Assembly: GCA_040756135.1 (NCBI GenBank)
Contig: JBFLZS010000006.1
Location: forward strand, 16,173 to 80,172
Length of the DNA stretch: 64,000 bases
Source of the DNA: Nitrospirota bacterium
Lineage (GTDB): Bacteria > Nitrospirota > Thermodesulfovibrionia > Thermodesulfovibrionales > SM23-35
Direction: 5' to 3'
How positions within the stretch are numbered: the stretch's first letter is position 1; each line of letters starts with the position of its first letter. The position numbers were made by a program, and so were the translations under genes. The notes below the pieces were generated by a model, which saw nothing but the letters and a program-made list of their open reading frames with translations, was not told where the DNA came from and did no database searches. Positions 58,853-64,000 of the stretch are shown here, piece by piece.

Positions 58853-60094
58853 CTAACTTTTCAAATCCGAAACTTCATTGCGCAGCCACCACAAAAGCCA
58901 CAATCCTGGCAGGGCAGTGAGAAAGGTTATAAAAAAGAAACCAGGCCAGCCTATTGATTCAACCAGATAGCCAGATGTGGGAGCTATAAAAATCCGGCCG
59001 AGAGCAGCAAGGGATGATAGCAGTGCATATTGTGTTGCGGTGTAGCGATGATTGCACATTGCCATAAGGAGTGATACGAAGGCTGCGGTGCCCATGCCAC
59101 CGGCCATGTTTTCAAAGGCGACTGCAAAAACCAACATCCCATAACTTTTACCCATCCATGCTAAAAACATAAATGACAGATTGGACACCGCCTGTAATAC
59201 GCCAAAACCCAGCAAGGAACGAAAAAGTCCAAGCCGTACCATCAAGGTGCCACCAAAAATCGCACCTACAATCAGTGAGGCAAAACCGAGCCCCTTATTT
59301 ATAGTACCTACCTCGCTTACAGAAAAACCTATCCCTCTGATAAGAAACGCAGTGGTCAGGGTACCTGCATAGGCATCTCCTAATTTATAGAGCACTATTA
59401 AAAATAACAATGTTATGGCAGAGTTTCGTTTAAAGTAATTCTCTAAAGGTCCCAATACAGCCTCTTGAAGGCTATGCGGAGGAACTATTCCCCCTTCTGG
59501 TTCAGATCCCAGAAGTATTGATATTATTCCTACTGCCATTACACTGGCCATTAATAAATATGTATTTTGCCAACCGATATGATCAGATAAAATAAGTGCC
59601 AGTGCACCCGAAACAAGCATTGCGATGCGATAGCCCATGACAAACACTGCAGCCCCTACTCCTCGTTCCCGTTCATGTAAAACATCAGTGCGGTATGCGT
59701 CAATCACTATATCCTGAGAGGCAGAGGTGAAGGCAACTATCAGGGCAAGAACAGCTACTATCAGGGGAAGTTGCTGTGGGGAACTGAAGGCCATCGCAGA
59801 GATACCAAGAATAAGACAGAGTTGGGTAATGATTATCCAGCCACGGCGTCTTCCGAGCCAGGGAGGCACAAAACGATCCATAAGCGGTGACCATAAGAAC
59901 TTAAGCGTATATGGTAATCCTACAAGTGCGAATATTCCGATTGTACGAATATCAACGCCAGCTACAGTCATCCATGCCTGTAAAGTTCCACCGGTCAACG
60001 CTAAAGGGATACCCGAGGAAAAGCCAAGAAATGTTATAACAGCAATACTCCTGCTTCGGAATACCTGAAGATAATGGGAAATATCAAGTTTCAT
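58853..60094 (-). CDS. ampG: Muropeptide MFS permease AmpG
   Basis: LGFSSGIP, KFLWSP..D, GRRRGW, SASQDIVIDAYR, ATQYALLSS. Confidence 0.95.
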   Translation of the reverse strand: MKLDISHYLQVFRSRSIAVITFLGFSSGIPLALTGGTLQAWMTVAGVDIRTIGIFALVGLPYTLKFLWSPLMDRFVPPWLGRRRGWIIITQLCLILGISAMAFSSPQQLPLIVAVLALIVAFTSASQDIVIDAYRTDVLHERERGVGAAVFVMGYRIAMLVSGALALILSDHIGWQNTYLLMASVMAVGIISILLGSEPEGGIVPPHSLQEAVLGPLENYFKRNSAITLLFLIVLYKLGDAYAGTLTTAFLIRGIGFSVSEVGTINKGLGFASLIVGAIFGGTLMVRLGLFRSLLGFGVLQAVSNLSFMFLAWMGKSYGMLVFAVAFENMAGGMGTAAFVSLLMAMCNHRYTATQYALLSSLAALGRIFIAPTSGYLVESIGWPGFFFITFLTALPGLWLLWWLRNEVSDLKS

Positions 60095-60150
60095 ATTATT
60101 TATTAGTATCCTGGGGAAAATATAAATTGTCGATAGTCGATATTGACACT

Positions 60151-60255
60151 AAAATACCCCTCTTTGGCAAAGAGGGGTGAGGGGAGATTTTATGAATTAT
60201 AAATGTAACCATTTATTCTTAAAATCCCCCTTCATCCCCCTTTTCCAAAGGGGGA
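60151..60255. repeat. CCCCT-type palindromes between nagZ and ampG
   Basis: CCCCTCTTTGGCAAAGAGGGG..GGGGAGATTTT and AAAATCCCCC..CCCCCTTTTCCAAAGGGGG. Confidence 0.72.
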
Positions 60256-60323
60256 GTGCATGACCTTTTTATAATCCTTTGTACTGACATGTAGGTTTTA
60301 TAACAAACCTTGCATAATTCGGG

Positions 60324-61910
60324 TTAAAGGTTCAGTCTAACAGGAAGCCGGCCTTTAAAATCTTCTTCTCCCATTAAACACTTTATGACAGCCTTTTGTG
60401 CCTGCTCTGTCGCATCGTATGCAGCAACAAGAATATCAGCCGCATTAAAATCGCGTAAAACGTAGGGGCTTCCAAAGGAGATGACAATGGAATTTTTCGC
60501 ATCTTTGATAAGTTCATTAATCCGATCCTTTTCATTCCCCGAACTCCCCTTCCACGCAGCTATGCTTGTAAATATGGCAAATGTAACTGTGCCATCTAAC
60601 GATCGCAACCTATCCTCCTTTAAAATCCCCTCTTGCCCCCCTTTTCCAAAGGGGGGTGAGGGGGGATTTGAGTCATTAATTATAGAGACGTCCTTGAAAT
60701 AACTCCTGAAAGGGGATGAATCAAAAAATTTATCGTCACCTGCAAGTACGACATGAATCTTGCTTTCATCTAAAATTGGCAGTAGACCAGGTGTACTTTT
60801 TACAAGTGTTACAGACATAGCAGTAACTTGTGATGAAAGCATTTTGTGCCTTTGATAATCAATCTTACCTCCCTTTAATTCCCCCCTTTCTAAGGTGGTA
60901 GTTGTATTTAGAAGGTTTACCTTTGTCTTTAAAATTCGCTTTACTGCTGCATCTATCTGTTCCCGGGCAATATCTTTTGATTCAACTGCGTATAGTATTT
61001 CCTTAACGGTCAGATCAACATTCAAAGGGTGCAACAATATATCAGCCCCTGCCTTTATGCATTTTACGGGGACATCTTCGATGTTTTTCAGGGCATTCAT
61101 ATTCAGGGCATCAGTTAGTATTAGACCATCAAATCTTAGCTTTTCCCTCAATATGCCGGTAATTATCTTCCCTGACAAGCTTGCAGGTTTATAATCAATG
61201 GCCGGGATACTCAGATGTCCAATCATGATACTGCTGACCCCGGTATTAATAGCCTCTTTAAATGGCAATATATCTACACTCATTAAATCATCATAAGATT
61301 TATCTATAACGGGAAGTGAGATATGGGAATCTATGGCTGTGTCTCCATGTCCTGGAAAATGCTTGGCACAGCTTATGAGTCCTGAATTCTCTAAAATTCC
61401 TATATATTGTGAGCCAAACCATGCCACATCTTCGGGATCGTCAGAGAATGCCCTCGTACAGATAATCGGGTTATCAGGATTTAGATTTACATCCAGAACG
61501 GGGATGAGGGGCATATTTATTCCTATATCCTTCACTTCATCTGCTATAGCCTTTATTGCATACTGGAGGATTGAAACATCTTCAGGTCTATCTTTATCAA
61601 TTGCTGCTGCCAGAGCCATCTGGCATGGGAATATGGTGCTATCCTTTATTTGCTGTCCCACCCCATGTTCGATGTCCGATGCAATAAAAAGGGGTATCTT
61701 TGATATTGACTGGATTTTATTAATAAAATACTTTATTTCGTCTTTTTTACCACCAAAGACTATAAATCCACCGATACCCTTTTTTACGAGTTCGAAAATC
61801 TTTTCCTGATAAGACCCCGAATGGATACCCTCTCCATCAAGCCTGCCTATAATCAATTGATATATTTTTTTTTCTAAAGTATTTGGGGCAGGTATATAAT
61901 TAGTTGGCAT
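60324..61910 (-). CDS. nagZ: Beta-N-acetylglucosaminidase GH3 (NagZ) with C-terminal domain
   Basis: D.E.G, PVLDVN..P.NP.I..R.F, KHFPGHGDTAIDSH, TDAL, G.LPV; start uncertain (track start 61964 lies in a repeat arm). Confidence 0.9.
   Translation of the reverse strand: MPTNYIPAPNTLEKKIYQLIIGRLDGEGIHSGSYQEKIFELVKKGIGGFIVFGGKKDEIKYFINKIQSISKIPLFIASDIEHGVGQQIKDSTIFPCQMALAAAIDKDRPEDVSILQYAIKAIADEVKDIGINMPLIPVLDVNLNPDNPIICTRAFSDDPEDVAWFGSQYIGILENSGLISCAKHFPGHGDTAIDSHISLPVIDKSYDDLMSVDILPFKEAINTGVSSIMIGHLSIPAIDYKPASLSGKIITGILREKLRFDGLILTDALNMNALKNIEDVPVKCIKAGADILLHPLNVDLTVKEILYAVESKDIAREQIDAAVKRILKTKVNLLNTTTTLERGELKGGKIDYQRHKMLSSQVTAMSVTLVKSTPGLLPILDESKIHVVLAGDDKFFDSSPFRSYFKDVSIINDSNPPSPPFGKGGQEGILKEDRLRSLDGTVTFAIFTSIAAWKGSSGNEKDRINELIKDAKNSIVISFGSPYVLRDFNAADILVAAYDATEQAQKAVIKCLMGEEDFKGRLPVRLNL
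60622..60669. repeat. In-frame CCCCT palindrome in nagZ
   Basis: Encodes SNPPSPPFGKGGQEGI; a second remnant near 60866-60900 encodes LERGELKGG. Confidence 0.75.
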
Positions 61911-61952
61911 GGGAAAGTTTATCAAATCACTGTCTATAGAAACAACAGCTAT

Positions 61953-62132
61953 TAATAAAGTCATAAGTATAAATATAAAGACATTGATTACAAAATCCCT
62001 CCTAACCTCCCTTTGCCAAAGGGAGGGAAAGTCCCCTCTTGAGAGGGGTGCAGGGGTGTGTAATTCCCCTCTTTGACAAAGAGGGGCGAGGGGAGATTTT
62101 TCAATAATAAGGCATTACTTATGAACTCCTTA
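61953..62132. mobile_element. Shell element with triple CCCCT hairpin cargo
   Basis: Arms TAATAAAGTCATAAGTA / TTACTTATGAACTCCTTA; cargo is a near reverse complement of 49120-49228. Confidence 0.78.
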
Positions 62133-62175
62133 ATATATTGATTATATTTTTATAAGCCTGTGCGATAATAAACCT

Positions 62176-64000
62176 ATGCTACTAAGAGATTTAAAAGACT
62201 ACGGCGGCTCTCCGCATTTAATAGAGGCCCTGTCTTCTACAGGAATAAAAGAGCTTTATCCGCCCCAGATACTTGCTTTGGAGGCAGGTCTATTAAAAAA
62301 GCAGGATTCGTTTGTAGTGGCTGCCCCAACCGCTTCAGGCAAAACCCTGATTGCAGAGATGGCTGCATTGAAGGTATTTTTTGAGACTGGCGGGAAGGTT
62401 ATATATCTTGTGCCTTTGCGGGCTCTTGCGAGGGAGAAATACGAAGACTTCAGAAATAAGTATAGAAAAATAAACATGAGGGTTATGCAGAGTACAGGAG
62501 ATTATGACAGCACCGAGCCATGGCTTCATGAAGGAGACCTTATCATAGCTACAAATGAGAAGATGGACTCTCTCATAAGACACCGTGCTTCATGGCTGAG
62601 GGACATAAACCTTATTGTAGCCGACGAGATACACCTTCTTGGAGATTCCCATAGAGGGCCAACCCTTGAGATTGTCCTTACCCGCTTGAGGTATGTGAAC
62701 CCGGACATCAGGCTTATAGCACTTAGCGCAACAATCCCTAATGCATGTGAGATTTCAGACTGGCTTGGGGCTGGGCTCGTACAATCAGAGTGGAGGCCGG
62801 TGCCCCTGAAAGAGGGTGTATATTTCAATGGTGCTGCAATCTTTAATGATGGCACTTCAAGGTGGATACCTAAAGAGAGTAAATTAGATGTAGTTGACCT
62901 TGCCATCGAGACCATGAGGGAAGGCGGGCAGGCATTGATATTTGTAAATACAAGGAAGGCAGCAGAGGCAGTTGCCCGAACTTCAGGAAAACATATATCA
63001 ACCCTCCTCTCGTCGGATGAAAAGGAATACCTCGAGAAATTATCCACTCAGGTCTTGGCAGTGTCACCTGAGCCAACACGTATCTGTAAAAAACTTGCCG
63101 AATGTGTAAACGAAGGGACAGCATTCCACCACGCAGGCATCAACTATTCACAGAGAAAATTCATAGAGGATGCCTTCAGGGCTAACAGGATAAAGCTGAT
63201 AGGAGCAACTACGACACTGGCAATGGGTCTGAATCTTCCATCAAGGAGGGTTATTATCAGGGACTGGTGGAGATATGAATCAGGACGTGGAATTAAGCCC
63301 ATACCGACCATCGAGATAAAACAGATGGCAGGAAGGGCTGGAAGACCCGGTTTTGACAACTACGGAGAAGCAGTCCTCATAGCTCGAAATAACAAAGACG
63401 AAAGATATCTCTTTGAAAATTACATCAAGGGAGAGCCTGAAAAAATAGACTCCCAGCTTGCTAACGAATCTGCCCTGAGAACCCATATCCTTGCATCAAT
63501 AGCAGGTGTTTTTACAAGAAACAGGGCGGAGTTAATGGATTTTCTTGAAAATACATTCTTTGCACATCAGAAAGGGACTGCATACCTCACCCCCATAACT
63601 GATAAGATAATCGAATTTCTTGAGGAAGAAGGAATGATAGTCTTTAAAAAAGGCAATCTTCTTGCCACAAGTTTTGGCCGCCGCATCTCCGAGCTGTATA
63701 TAGATCCATTGACAGGGGTAATACTTAGAGATGCCCTGCGTGATCCGAAGGAAAAAGAGACATTCGCTCTACTGCATATGGTAGCCCGCACACCCGATAT
63801 GATGGTCCTCACATTGAGGAAAAAAGACAGAAATGAAATGCTCGATATTTTTTATGCACATTCCGACAGCCTCTTAATCCCTGATGAAGAAAAATATCCT
63901 TCTGATGAGATACTCTCTGAGTTAAAGACCGCCTCTACTTTGATGCAGTGGATACTTGAAAACCCGGAGGATAATATAGTTGGACACTTTGGCATAGGAC
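62176..64000 (+). CDS. hel308: Ski2-like SF2 DNA helicase, Hel308/Hjm type (runs off window end)
   Basis: Manual translation: GIKELYPPQ, APTASGKTLIAE, VPLRALA.EK, STGDYD, T.EK.DSL.RH, DEIH, RGPTLE, LSATIPNA, WRPVPL, AFHHAG, TTTLAMGLNLP, QMAGRAGRPG.D..GEA, FG..ISELYIDP. Confidence 0.88.
   Translation, partial: MLLRDLKDYGGSPHLIEALSSTGIKELYPPQILALEAGLLKKQDSFVVAAPTASGKTLIAEMAALKVFFETGGKVIYLVPLRALAREKYEDFRNKYRKINMRVMQSTGDYDSTEPWLHEGDLIIATNEKMDSLIRHRASWLRDINLIVADEIHLLGDSHRGPTLEIVLTRLRYVNPDIRLIALSATIPNACEISDWLGAGLVQSEWRPVPLKEGVYFNGAAIFNDGTSRWIPKESKLDVVDLAIETMREGGQALIFVNTRKAAEAVARTSGKHISTLLSSDEKEYLEKLSTQVLAVSPEPTRICKKLAECVNEGTAFHHAGINYSQRKFIEDAFRANRIKLIGATTTLAMGLNLPSRRVIIRDWWRYESGRGIKPIPTIEIKQMAGRAGRPGFDNYGEAVLIARNNKDERYLFENYIKGEPEKIDSQLANESALRTHILASIAGVFTRNRAELMDFLENTFFAHQKGTAYLTPITDKIIEFLEEEGMIVFKKGNLLATSFGRRISELYIDPLTGVILRDALRDPKEKETFALLHMVARTPDMMVLTLRKKDRNEMLDIFYAHSDSLLIPDEEKYPSDEILSELKTASTLMQWILENPEDNIVGHFGIG

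Noticed and set aside
61911-61964. N-terminal extension of nagZ (MTLLIAVVS...) as a signal peptide
   Set aside because: The ATG lies inside an element arm (CATAA core); a downstream start is more plausible
6837-62132. CRISPR array or integron attC interpretation of the repeats
   Set aside because: Copies are dispersed, not regularly spaced with unique spacers; no cas or intI gene; no GTTRRRY cassette pattern seen
62256-63812. Several minus-strand ORFs in the track
   Set aside because: Shadows of the plus-strand Hel308 frame

Overview
Bacterial chromosome segment, moderately AT-rich. The gene repertoire (FliW/CsrA, paired DUF507, MglA-like GTPase, REC-PilB fusion, two-CW domain) suggests Nitrospirota or a deltaproteobacteria-like lineage; this is an inference. 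It is dominated by a flagellar region: flgFGAHIJMNKL-csrA-fliW, then fliC-flaG-fliD-fliS, and a c-di-GMP module running into motAB. Embedded in it are (i) an 8-gene signalling operon behind a sigma28-like promoter, with two kinases, REC-HD-GYP, an orphan MglA-like GTPase, a REC-MshEN-PilB/GspE ATPase fusion and an HDOD protein, and (ii) a ~20 kb nonulosonic-acid glycosylation island (neuC/neuB/neuA, sqdB, OGT/FlmG-like transferase, radical SAM, methyl- and amidotransferases). The right end holds GGDEF/HK/HDOD genes, rpsF-ssb-rpsR-DUF507x2, ampG, nagZ, and a truncated archaeal-type Hel308 helicase missed by the ORF track. The most striking unexplained structure is a dense population (~20 copies) of nested, modular palindromic elements. 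Mostly TA-flanked inverted-repeat shells carry interchangeable GTCATT- or CCCCT-type hairpin cargo, alongside inverted hexamer/heptamer arrays. These elements sit in frame in proteins (notably the signal peptides of FlgA, FlgH and FlgI) and supply stop codons to two genes. No rRNA, tRNA, CRISPR or transposase was recognised.
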